From Deltaproteobacteria bacterium (GTDB lineage Bacteria > Myxococcota > Myxococcia > Myxococcales > SZAS-1), in NCBI GenBank assembly GCA_018266075.1, contig JAFEBB010000023.1:18407-82406 (forward strand): DNA of 64,000 bases, read 5' to 3'. This document shows positions 19,426 through 28,313 of this stretch, one piece after another (the first letter of the stretch is position 1; each line of letters begins with the position of its first letter). The notes beneath the pieces were generated by a model that did no database searches, was not told the DNA's origin, and saw only the letters and a list, made by a program, of their open reading frames with translations. Made by a program: the position numbers and the translations under genes.

Positions 19426-21819
19426 ATGAGCAAGCGCGCGGCCGGGCTGGGTGGGCCGCGGCAGGGAGCCGCCTTCGTGTCTTTCGGAGCTGCATGGCGA
19501 GCCGCCCTGGAGCGCTCTGCCTGGCGGCGAGGCATGGTACGGGGCGCGGCCGGCGCCGCACTCTTCGCGCTCTTCCTGGGCGACTTGCTCAGCCCCTCGA
19601 CGTTCCTGGCCCGCCGCGATGCCTTCCGGCTCTACCTGCCGCTGGAGGGATTCCTCGCAGACGCGCTGCGCCGGGGCGCGCTCCCCACCTGGTTTCCCTT
19701 CGACGGCGCGGGCGTCTCGTTCCTGGGCACGGCGGTGGGCGCGCCGTTGGACCCGCTCAAGGTGCTCGCCCTCTTGATGCCGCCGGACCAGTCGCTCAAG
19801 TGGGAGGCGCTGGTGCTGCTGGCGGTGGCCGGCGTGGGCGCCTGGTGCTTCGCCCGGAGGCTGGGGGCCAGCGAGCCGCTGCGCTGGCTGGCGACGGTGG
19901 CATATGCGGGCTCGGGCTACCTCCTGAGCACCACCGAGACGCCCATCTACCTGCATGCCGCGGCCCTGCTGCCGTGGCTGGCGTTGGCGGCGATGGCGCT
20001 CGCAGAGCGACCGGCCGGGCGCCCGGCCGCCGGCCTGGCGGCCATGCTGGCGCTCACCGCGCTCGGAGGCGATCTGCAGGGCGCCATGTTGCAGGCGCTC
20101 CTGGCCGGGGCGTACGTCCTCGCCTCGCCTGGCGCGCCGTGGCGGCGGCTGGCGTGGCTGGCCTTGGCGGGGGCGCTCGCGGCGGCGCTCGTGGCGCCGG
20201 CCGCGGGGGCGATCCTGGTCACGGCCGCCGAGTCGGGTCGCGCGGCGGGGCTCGGCCTTGCGGAGGCCACGAGCTGGTCGCTGCACCCGGTGCGGCTGCT
20301 GGAGCTCCTGGTCGGGCCCATGAGCCCACCGGGCCTGCTGGAGAAGCAGGGCGGAGAGCTGGCGCGCTTCCTCGGCGGCGGGGGCCAGGGATATCTCTGG
20401 GCCTCGTCGGAGCTGGTGGGGCTGGCGGTGGTGTGGCTCGCGCTCTGCGGCCTGTTCGCGCGCAAGCGGAGCCGCGCGCTCACCTTTCACCTCGCGCTGG
20501 CGGGCGTCGCCTTGCTTCTGGCGCTGGGTTCGTTCGGAAAGCTGTACGTGCTCGCCTACGAGGCGCTGCCGTTCTGGCGCAGCTTCCGCTACCCGGAGAA
20601 GCTCATGCCCTTCGCGCTGCTCGGACTGGTGGGCGCGGCGGCGGCCAGCGAAAAGGTGGTGGGGGAACGGCGCGGGCTGGCCGGAGGCATCCTGCTCGGC
20701 CTCACGGCGACGCTGCTCGCCGCATGGGCCGCGGCCTCGTCAGAGGGCGTCGGGAGGCTCCTGGCTTGGCTCGCTCCGGGCCCGCCGGCGAGCCCGGAGC
20801 TTGTGGACGCGCTCGCGCTCGCCATCCAGACGCGCGCCCTGGCCGCGCTGCTGGTGGCGGTGGTGATGGGAGCGGTGCTCCGGTTCTGGCCGCAGCGCTG
20901 GGCGTGGGCGGCGCTCGCGCTGTCGGTGGGCTACGCGTGGTGGGCCGACGAGGGCCTGGTGCCCGGCCGCGACCGCGAGCTGGTGGAGCTGCAGCCCACC
21001 CTCCTCGGGCCGTTGCGCGAGCACCTCGGCGCGGCGCCGGGCCGCCTGCGCTCGATGCCGGAGTCCTTCTCCTTTCCGCATGGCGGCGAGCTCGGCGCGG
21101 TGAACGCTGCCCTGCTCGGCGACCTGCAGAGCCTGGATCCCGACCAAGCCGCGCGGTTCGGACTGGGAAACATCAGCAGCTACCTGCCGGGGATGAAGCG
21201 CGAGCTGGTGGAGGCGTGCGGCGATGCGCCGCCGTGTGCCTCGCCGTGCGCACGGCGGCTCGGGGCGCGCTTCTGCGTGGCCGCGCCCGAGGAGCAGCCC
21301 AACCTCCGGGCGCACCCCGAGCTCAAGCTCCTGGCCGAGGCCACGTCGCCGCGGCTGGCGTTGCTCGAGGATCCTCGCGCTCGGCCGTTGGTGAGCCTGC
21401 CCCGGCTCCGCGGCGCGCGCGACGGGCATGAGGCCCAGCTGCGCTTCGCCAACGACGACCCCTGGCCCGAGGACGTCGCCTGGCAGGTGGGCCTCGGCAC
21501 GGAGCGCGAGCCGGCCGTCGGCCAGGTGCGGAGCTCCCGGTCGCGCCCGGACGAGATCGAGGTGGAGCTGCAGCTCGACCGCGGGGGCCCGGTGCTGGTG
21601 GCCGAGCAGTGCTCACCGGGTTGGCGTGCCACGCTGGACGGGCAGCCGGTGCCGCTGGCCATCGCGGACCTGGCCTTCTGCACTTTGAACGCGCCGGCCG
21701 GGGGGCACAGGGTGGTGCTGCGCTACGTCCCGCCCGGGTGGCCATGGGTCTGGGCCATCTTTTCGCTGGGGCTCGGCGCGACGGTGCTGCTCGCGCTCCG
21801 GCGACCGAAGGCCGTTTAG
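19426..21819 (+). CDS. YfhO-like polytopic membrane protein (putative GT-C glycosyltransferase)
   Basis: About 797 aa. The N-terminal pattern 'RRDAFRLYLPLEGFLADALRRGALPTWFPFDGAGVSFLG..PLDPLKVL' parallels what I recall of the YfhO N-terminus (D-x-n-Y ... WS..LGG ... SPFNLL). Many TM helices and a C-terminal soluble domain. The start is uncertain (19399, 19426 or 19534). Confidence 0.65.
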   Translation: MSKRAAGLGGPRQGAAFVSFGAAWRAALERSAWRRGMVRGAAGAALFALFLGDLLSPSTFLARRDAFRLYLPLEGFLADALRRGALPTWFPFDGAGVSFLGTAVGAPLDPLKVLALLMPPDQSLKWEALVLLAVAGVGAWCFARRLGASEPLRWLATVAYAGSGYLLSTTETPIYLHAAALLPWLALAAMALAERPAGRPAAGLAAMLALTALGGDLQGAMLQALLAGAYVLASPGAPWRRLAWLALAGALAAALVAPAAGAILVTAAESGRAAGLGLAEATSWSLHPVRLLELLVGPMSPPGLLEKQGGELARFLGGGGQGYLWASSELVGLAVVWLALCGLFARKRSRALTFHLALAGVALLLALGSFGKLYVLAYEALPFWRSFRYPEKLMPFALLGLVGAAAASEKVVGERRGLAGGILLGLTATLLAAWAAASSEGVGRLLAWLAPGPPASPELVDALALAIQTRALAALLVAVVMGAVLRFWPQRWAWAALALSVGYAWWADEGLVPGRDRELVELQPTLLGPLREHLGAAPGRLRSMPESFSFPHGGELGAVNAALLGDLQSLDPDQAARFGLGNISSYLPGMKRELVEACGDAPPCASPCARRLGARFCVAAPEEQPNLRAHPELKLLAEATSPRLALLEDPRARPLVSLPRLRGARDGHEAQLRFANDDPWPEDVAWQVGLGTEREPAVGQVRSSRSRPDEIEVELQLDRGGPVLVAEQCSPGWRATLDGQPVPLAIADLAFCTLNAPAGGHRVVLRYVPPGWPWVWAIFSLGLGATVLLALRRPKAV

Positions 21820-21976
21820 CGTCGCGGCCGGCCGGCGCTCGCTGCGCCGCTCGGACGGCAAACTCTTCACCGGCGTTCGGCGTTCCCGGGCAAGCCGGGT
21901 TGGCCTATTGTCGCCGTGAGATCGAACGCGTCGGGCTCGCGAGGAATGGCCCGCCCGCGGTCGAGACCGACTCCCC

Positions 21977-23662
21977 GTGACCGTACCGGCTCAAAAATCT
22001 CCAGCGCTCGTCTGGGTGGCGATCCTCGCGGCGCTCACGTTCGAGCTGCAGGGGCTGGTTCGGCGCGATCCTGTTCTCAGCCGGGACGACGAGGCCCTCA
22101 TCCGGCCGCTCCAGCGTGCCCACGGCCTGGCCGACTACGTGGCCGGGGTGCGCGGGGGCCAGGTGCTCGACCTCCAGCCGGTGCGCGACGCGTCGCTCTG
22201 GGGGGACCTGGCGCTCCACCGGCTCACGGGCGTGAGCACGTTCCACCTCACCAACCTGGCGCTGCTGCTGGTGCTCCTCGTGCTCCTGCAGCGCCTGCTC
22301 GCCGCGCGGTGGGGGCCCACCTGGGCCGTGGCGGCTGTGGTCGCGCTCTATGCCTTCCACCCGGTGGTGGCCAACACCGTGAGCTGGATCGCCGCGCGCA
22401 AGCACCTGCTCTCCGCCGTCTTCATCCTCGCGGCGACGGTGGTGGCCACGCGAAAGGACAAGCCCCTGGGCCCCGGTCGCCAGCTGGCGGCGGTGGCGCT
22501 GTACACGCTCTCGGTGCTCTCGCAGCCCATCACCCTGCTCTGGCCCGCGTGGCTGGCGCTTGAGCTCTGGCTGCAGACGCGAAACCTCAAGAGCCTGGCG
22601 CCGCTCCTGGTTCCGCTCGCAGGGGTGGCGCTCGTCGTGGGTGGCGTGAACGTTTGGTACTATAGAACGATATTCGTAAGTCTCGCCCACGGCTCCAAGT
22701 TCGTGGAGGCGCCCGAAGGGACCATTGCGGTCTCGTTGCTCGCGATCGGCAGATACTTGTTCAATTGTATTTTACCGGTGGCCGTCGCCACGACGTATGA
22801 CCCGGGCCGCTGGTTCAACCTCGTGGGGCTCTGCCTGCTGCCGCTCCTGGCGTTCGTGAGCCTCAAGCTGGGCCGCACCGCGGACGTGGTCTCGGGCTGG
22901 GGAATGTTCCTGTTTCCACTGATCCCGGTCACCGCGCGGATGACCAACATCTTCGTCTCCGACACCTACCTCCTCGTCCCGCTCGCGGGCCTGGGGATGG
23001 TGGGGCTCGCGGTTTGGGACGCGGTGGGCAACAGCCGCGGGCGGGCGGCCGTTGCTGGCGTGGCCGCGGCGCTCGCCGCGGTCGCCTTCATCATGCAATC
23101 TCACGTCGTCGCCGCCAGCTGGAGCTCGGAGGCCGCGCTCTGGGATCACGCGTACCACACCGAGCCCACGCCGAACGCACTCGCCAAGCAGTCGTTCTAT
23201 CTCCTCGGTGCGGGGCGGCTCGACGAGTCGCTCCAGGTCGCGGAGCAGCTCCTGGAGTGGGAGCCGCACCACCCGGAGGCGGCCTACGTCTTCGCGCACG
23301 CCGTTGCCGAGAGCCGGTCACTCACGCCTCGGGAGAAGCTCGCGCGCCTCGATGCCAGCCCTGCGCACGATGCGTGGACCGACTATTTTGGCGCCGTCGT
23401 CGCTGCCAAGGCGGGCGACTACGGAGCAGCTCTCGCGCGGGTGGCTCAGGCCGCGGACGGGGCGTCGCGCTTTGGCGGGCAGGCGGCCGTGGTGGCCGCC
23501 GAGGCCGAGTTCTTCTGTAGAAAGGCGGGTCGTTCAGATTGTGAAGCGTTGGTTGCAAAGTATGAGCAGTCTGCCGGTGCCGCCTGGGAGCCCATGAAGT
23601 ACGCCGGTCGCCGCCGCTCGCTCGGCCTCGCGGAAACCCAGAACCCGATCGGCTCGCCGTGA
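21977..23662 (+). CDS. TMTC/PMT_2-like membrane protein with C-terminal TPR domain (putative protein O-glycosyltransferase)
   Basis: GTG start. TM1 is followed by 'SRDDEALIRP' (22085-22093), like the DD/DE motif of PMT/TMTC GT-C enzymes. About 10 TM helices, then a soluble helical TPR-like C-terminus ('ALAKQSFYLLGAGRLDESLQVAEQLLEWEPHHPEAAYVFAHA'). Confidence 0.7.
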   Translation: MTVPAQKSPALVWVAILAALTFELQGLVRRDPVLSRDDEALIRPLQRAHGLADYVAGVRGGQVLDLQPVRDASLWGDLALHRLTGVSTFHLTNLALLLVLLVLLQRLLAARWGPTWAVAAVVALYAFHPVVANTVSWIAARKHLLSAVFILAATVVATRKDKPLGPGRQLAAVALYTLSVLSQPITLLWPAWLALELWLQTRNLKSLAPLLVPLAGVALVVGGVNVWYYRTIFVSLAHGSKFVEAPEGTIAVSLLAIGRYLFNCILPVAVATTYDPGRWFNLVGLCLLPLLAFVSLKLGRTADVVSGWGMFLFPLIPVTARMTNIFVSDTYLLVPLAGLGMVGLAVWDAVGNSRGRAAVAGVAAALAAVAFIMQSHVVAASWSSEAALWDHAYHTEPTPNALAKQSFYLLGAGRLDESLQVAEQLLEWEPHHPEAAYVFAHAVAESRSLTPREKLARLDASPAHDAWTDYFGAVVAAKAGDYGAALARVAQAADGASRFGGQAAVVAAEAEFFCRKAGRSDCEALVAKYEQSAGAAWEPMKYAGRRRSLGLAETQNPIGSP

Positions 23663-25440
23663 AGCGCCGCTTCCGCATTCTGTGGCGCGGCGCGCACGTG
23701 CTGAACGTGCTCGCGTTCCTCGCGTTCTTCGCGTTCGTGGTGGCGAGCAACGACTTCGACTGGGACCACTTCTTGACCGGTGCCGAGGTCGATCGGCGCG
23801 CCTGGGTCATCGATCACGAGCCCCCTGTGTGGTCGTACCAGCTCTGCGGCGGCGTGACGCGCGCCGGTGATCCTCAAGCGTTCGGTCTCTCGCCGCTCTT
23901 CCTCTGGGTCGTGCCCCAGGGCTCGTTCTGGGGACTCAAGACAGCCTGGCTCGCGCTGGCGGTGCTGGGCTTCGTGTCGCTTCGGAGGATTCTGAGCATC
24001 TTCTTGCTGGGGGGGGTCGCGAGGGAGCTCCGCAAGAGCGAGCGCCTCGCGCTGGATTGGGTGAGCCTCGCGTTCGTGCTCGGCAACTACTTTCTCTGGC
24101 ATGCGCATGAGGGCCACCTCACAATCGCGCTCGGGTTCCTCGGGTTGGCGATTATCGAGAAGCTCTTCAGCGCCTTCGCTCACGGATTTCGTTGGCGCTC
24201 CGCCGTCGCGGCGACCTTGATGACCTGGGCGTATGTCTCCGGCGGGTTCTACCACTCGCTGGTGTTCTTCATTGCGCCGCTCTCCTTGGCGCTGATTCTG
24301 GGCGTGGGTTGGAGTCTCGTGGCGCAAAGGGCGCGCCGCCTCCCGCCGGTGGGGAACTGGTCGGCGCTGGCAAAACTAGCGACCGCGTGCGTTCTGGGTA
24401 TCGGGATCGGTTTCTATAAAGTGTATGCGGTTGCCAGCTATCAGGCCCTGCTGCCACGTACCACCACGCACGCGGTCAATGGAGTTGACGGGGCGGGCCC
24501 GTTGCAGACGCTGGTGTATCAGTTGGTGCCGTCGCTGGACGGGGCCTTTCTCGGCGGATTTCGTGGCTGGCCGCCATGGGGAATCTGGGAGACGAGCGCG
24601 TTCAACCTGAACGCCTGGGGCCTGCTCATCGCGGCGGGCCTTACGCTGATCTGGCGCGCGCGTGGTCAGAGCCTCGCAGCGGAGCGCCGCTCGAGCAACG
24701 GCGGCCCGCTCAGGCACTCGCTCGTGGTGGTAACTGCGATCGTCGGGGCGGTGGGGCTCTGGTTCTCCCTGGGTGAGCTCGCCCCGATCTCCGGTTTTGA
24801 GGTGCTGAACCGGCTCACCCACAACTCCGTCCGCGTGGCTGGGCGCTTCCAGATCCTGTTTGGGCTCGCGGCGGCCATGGGGCTCGCGCTGCTGCTGGGG
24901 CGTAGCAGGCGCCTCGCGCACCAGTTTGCGAAGTATGGAGCCTGGACGGCTCCTGTGTTGCTGGTGCTGAATCTCACTTCGTTCCTATCGACGCTCCGGC
25001 CCGAGTCGGCGCGCTCTATCCTCTCGGCACCGAAGGATCCGATCGCGCATATGAATACGCTTCGGGTGGGCCGTGAGCGCAGCGAGGATCACTCGTACAT
25101 GTACCGCTCGATCCTGCGTGGGATCGCGATGCTCAACTGCTACGACCCGATCGCCCGCGAGACGCGGCTGGTCCGCGAGTTCGTGGGCCGGCCCGAGTTC
25201 ATGAATGGCTCGGGCCACCTGCAGGACGGCACCGTGCTCCCGCTGATCGACCCCCAGGTGGGCTCGCCGCCGGAGAGCTGCCGGGCAGGGAGCTACTTCA
25301 CCCAGAACCGGATCGTGATGGACGCGAGCTGCCCCGTGGGCACCTGCGTGAACGCCAACGGCCTCAACCTCTGGGGTGACTCGCGGCTGGTGCTGAACAC
25401 CGAGTTGAACAAGTATTGCCTCGGTTCTTCCTCGAGGTGA
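23659..25440 (+). CDS. Polytopic membrane protein, distantly YfhO-like
   Basis: GTGA overlap with the upstream gene. 593 aa. 'VWSYQLCGGVTRAGDPQAFGLSPLFLWV' resembles the YfhO 'WS..LGG...SPFNLL' region. Many TM helices and a C-terminal soluble part containing Cys. Confidence 0.65.
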   Translation: MKRRFRILWRGAHVLNVLAFLAFFAFVVASNDFDWDHFLTGAEVDRRAWVIDHEPPVWSYQLCGGVTRAGDPQAFGLSPLFLWVVPQGSFWGLKTAWLALAVLGFVSLRRILSIFLLGGVARELRKSERLALDWVSLAFVLGNYFLWHAHEGHLTIALGFLGLAIIEKLFSAFAHGFRWRSAVAATLMTWAYVSGGFYHSLVFFIAPLSLALILGVGWSLVAQRARRLPPVGNWSALAKLATACVLGIGIGFYKVYAVASYQALLPRTTTHAVNGVDGAGPLQTLVYQLVPSLDGAFLGGFRGWPPWGIWETSAFNLNAWGLLIAAGLTLIWRARGQSLAAERRSSNGGPLRHSLVVVTAIVGAVGLWFSLGELAPISGFEVLNRLTHNSVRVAGRFQILFGLAAAMGLALLLGRSRRLAHQFAKYGAWTAPVLLVLNLTSFLSTLRPESARSILSAPKDPIAHMNTLRVGRERSEDHSYMYRSILRGIAMLNCYDPIARETRLVREFVGRPEFMNGSGHLQDGTVLPLIDPQVGSPPESCRAGSYFTQNRIVMDASCPVGTCVNANGLNLWGDSRLVLNTELNKYCLGSSSR

Positions 25441-25449
25441 GGCGCGCAA

Positions 25450-26430
25450 ATGTCGACGGCCTCGAGACCTTCATCTGCGTTGGGCCGACTGTGGATTTTC
25501 TCCCCCGTCTACTTCGACGTGGAGAGCTACCTCAGGCTCCGCGACGAGCTTACGAGTGCGCTCGACGCCGCCGGGCTCGGCGGGCTGGAGCGCAGGTTTC
25601 TCATCATCGACGACAGCGCCGGGCTCGACCCGGACATGGCCCGGCTCACGAGAGCCACCGACTCGCAGGTCATCGTGGCGCCGTTCTCGCTGGGGCACCA
25701 GCGTGCTCTGGTGTACGGCCTGCGGACGGCTTCGGCCCAGATGAAGGATGACGATCTGGTGGTCACCCTCGACGCCGATGGCGAGGACCAGCCTGCGGAT
25801 CTGCCGCGCCTGCTCGCGCCGCTGCTCGCGGATCCCGCGTCGTCGCGGCGGGTGGTGCTCGCCGCGCGCACCCGGAGGCGGGAGTCGTTCACGTTCCGGA
25901 TGATGTACCTGTGCTTCAAGATGCTCTTCGTGACCGCGACGGGCACCATCATCCGCTCGGGAAACTATGCGGCGTTCCGGGGCTGGTTCGCGCGGAACAT
26001 GCTCTTTCATCCGTATTTTGATCTTTGTTACTCGTCGTCGCTCGTGGCCTTCAACATGAACCTCGAGCGCGTGCCTTGCGAGCGCGGGACGCGCTACGCG
26101 GGGCAGTCGCGCATGACGTTCTTGAAGTTGATCATGCACGGCCTGCGCATGTTGATGCCCTTCGCCGACCGGATCGCCATCCGCGGGCTGGTGTTCTTCT
26201 CTTCGGTGATCGCACTCACGCTGGCTTTTGGCGCCTGGGTGGTGGGCATCCGGCTCTTCACCGATCGCGCCATCCCGGGCTGGGCCACGTACTCGTGCCT
26301 GTTGGCGCTGGTGCTCTCGGGCGTGGCGCTGGCGTGCATCCTCTTGCTCTTCACGCTCTTCGTGCAGAGCCAGAGCCTCTCCATGAGCCGGCTCGACGTG
26401 CACCTGAGGGGCTCCGTAGATGGCTCATGA
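25450..26430 (+). CDS. GT2 family polyprenyl-phosphate sugar synthase-like glycosyltransferase (GtrB/CsbB/DPM1 architecture)
   Basis: 'LWIFSPVYFDVES' (compare PxYNEE), 'LIIDDSAG', 'VTLDADGEDQPADLPRLL' (compare DADLQHPPE), and two C-terminal TM helices ('LVFFSSVIALTLAFGAWVVGI', 'YSCLLALVLSGVALACILLLF'). Confidence 0.8.
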   Translation: MSTASRPSSALGRLWIFSPVYFDVESYLRLRDELTSALDAAGLGGLERRFLIIDDSAGLDPDMARLTRATDSQVIVAPFSLGHQRALVYGLRTASAQMKDDDLVVTLDADGEDQPADLPRLLAPLLADPASSRRVVLAARTRRRESFTFRMMYLCFKMLFVTATGTIIRSGNYAAFRGWFARNMLFHPYFDLCYSSSLVAFNMNLERVPCERGTRYAGQSRMTFLKLIMHGLRMLMPFADRIAIRGLVFFSSVIALTLAFGAWVVGIRLFTDRAIPGWATYSCLLALVLSGVALACILLLFTLFVQSQSLSMSRLDVHLRGSVDGS

Positions 26431-27136
26431 TCTGGAGAGCCACCTCCTCGATCAGCTCTCGCTCGAGCGCGACTACTTCTGGCACCGGCTGCGCTGGCAG
26501 GCGGTGCAGGCCTACCTGCCGCGGGAGCGGGCGTTCGGGCTGGTGGACGTGGGCGCGGGCGCGGGTCTGCTCGGCGAGTCCGTGGCGGAGGCGTTTCCCA
26601 GTGCGCGCTACCCCTTCGTGGAGCCCATCCCGGCGCTGCACGACGAGCTGGTGGGCCGCCACGGTGCCCGGGCGGACCTGGGTAGGGACCGGCCCTTCGA
26701 GGGCTGCGGGGTGGTGACGCTTCTCGACGTCCACGAGCACCAGGCCGACGACGTGGGCCTCCTGACCGCGCTCGCCGCGCGGATGACTGCGGGCACCGCG
26801 CTGATCCTCACGGTGCCGGCGTTCCCCTGGCTCTGGAGCGGATGGGACGTGGCGCTCGGCCACTTCCGCCGCTACACCCGGAGCCCGTTGCGCCGCGTGC
26901 TGGACGCCGCGCGCCTGGAGACGCTCGAGGTGAGCTACCTGTTTCCCGAGATGGTGCCGGCCGGGTTGGCGCGCCGGGTGCGGCTGGGGGCGCGCGCGGA
27001 CAGTGACGCGGTGGCCCTGCCGCGGCTCTCGCCGTGGGTGAACCAGGCTGCCTACTGGGCGGGGCGGGTGAGCCTCTCGCTGCGGCGGTTCCACCGCGTG
27101 GGCACCTCGCTGCTCGCCGTCGCGCGGAAGAGGTAG
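26420..27136 (+). CDS. Class I SAM-dependent methyltransferase
   Basis: 11-nt overlap with the GT2 gene. SAM motif I 'LVDVGAGAGLLG' and post-I 'VVTLLDVHEHQADD'. 238 aa. Confidence 0.8.
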   Translation: MAHDLESHLLDQLSLERDYFWHRLRWQAVQAYLPRERAFGLVDVGAGAGLLGESVAEAFPSARYPFVEPIPALHDELVGRHGARADLGRDRPFEGCGVVTLLDVHEHQADDVGLLTALAARMTAGTALILTVPAFPWLWSGWDVALGHFRRYTRSPLRRVLDAARLETLEVSYLFPEMVPAGLARRVRLGARADSDAVALPRLSPWVNQAAYWAGRVSLSLRRFHRVGTSLLAVARKR

Positions 27137-27148
27137 GCGGGTCGTCCG

Positions 27149-28270
27149 GTGCGATTGCTCATGTTCCAGCTGGCGCTGTTCACCGGTCTCGTGTGGTGGC
27201 GAGCGCGCCGTCGAGGCTGGCAGCGCGTCGCGCGGGGCGTGGCCGTGCTCGGTGGCGCCATCGCTCTCGCCACCCTGCCACACACCCTCTACGGCTGGCG
27301 GGTGCAGGAGCACGTTCCCGCTGCGTATCTCGGCCCGCAGATGGTCATCGCTGGCGGCTGGTACTTCTTCGCGCTGCTCGTGGGATTCGGGCTCTGGATC
27401 TGGGACGGCCTCGCGTCGCGGCTGCCCGGCCCCACGACGCCGGTGGATCCGAGTCGCCGCCGGCTCCTGACGCACGCGCCGGTCCTGCTGGGCGTCGCGG
27501 CGCCTGTGGGCATGGTGGAGGGCGCACACGAACCGGAGCCCACGCCGGTGCGCATCGCATCGCCGAAGTTGCCCGCCGCGTTCCACGGGCTGCGCGTGCT
27601 GCAGATCAGCGACCTCCACCTCGGGCCATGCCTGGGGCTGGACTGGCTGGAGCGCGCGCTGGCTCGTGCCGCGAGCACGCCCGTGGACCTCGTGGCCGTC
27701 ACCGGCGATCTCTCGGACGACGTGGAGCTCATGCGGCCCGCGCTCGCGCGCATCGCGGCCGTGCCCGCACGGTTCGGGCACGTGGCCATTCCAGGGAACC
27801 ACGAGCACTACGTGGGCATCGACCGCTTCGTGCAGGAGGTGAAGGCTTCGCCGGTGCGGCTGCTCACGGGCGAAGTGCTCACCCTCACCCAGGGCACCGA
27901 CGCGCTGCAGGTGGTGGGCATCGACTACCCGCACCTCCGCGGCATCAAGGACGAGGTGCAGTTCGCGTCGTTCCTCGACGGCGCGCTCTCGAAAGCGGGG
28001 CCGGGCTTCAAGCTCCTGCTCAGCCACCACCCGGACGCGCTCGATCAAGCGGCGGCGCGCGCCATCGACGTGGTGCTCGCGGGCCACACCCACGGCGGGC
28101 AGATCAACATCCTCGGGCGTTCGCTGCTCGCGGGCTGGCTCAAGTATCCGCGCGGGCGGTACACGGTCGGCGCGACGCAGATGTTCGTGACCACCGGGCT
28201 CGGCCACTGGATGCCGTTCCGGGTGAGCTGCCCCACCGAGCTACCCGTCATCGAGCTGGCGCGCGGTTGA
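27149..28270 (+). CDS. Membrane-anchored metallophosphoesterase (calcineurin-like, YkuE/YaeI type)
   Basis: N-terminal TM helices, then 'LRVLQISDLHLG', 'VAVTGDLSDD', 'IPGNHEHY', 'LSHHPD' and 'LAGHTHGGQI'. Confidence 0.85.
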   Translation: MRLLMFQLALFTGLVWWRARRRGWQRVARGVAVLGGAIALATLPHTLYGWRVQEHVPAAYLGPQMVIAGGWYFFALLVGFGLWIWDGLASRLPGPTTPVDPSRRRLLTHAPVLLGVAAPVGMVEGAHEPEPTPVRIASPKLPAAFHGLRVLQISDLHLGPCLGLDWLERALARAASTPVDLVAVTGDLSDDVELMRPALARIAAVPARFGHVAIPGNHEHYVGIDRFVQEVKASPVRLLTGEVLTLTQGTDALQVVGIDYPHLRGIKDEVQFASFLDGALSKAGPGFKLLLSHHPDALDQAAARAIDVVLAGHTHGGQINILGRSLLAGWLKYPRGRYTVGATQMFVTTGLGHWMPFRVSCPTELPVIELARG

Positions 28271-28313
28271 CGCGCTTGTCCCGGCAGACGAAGGGTGTGA
28301 CGCTTTGCCCGTG

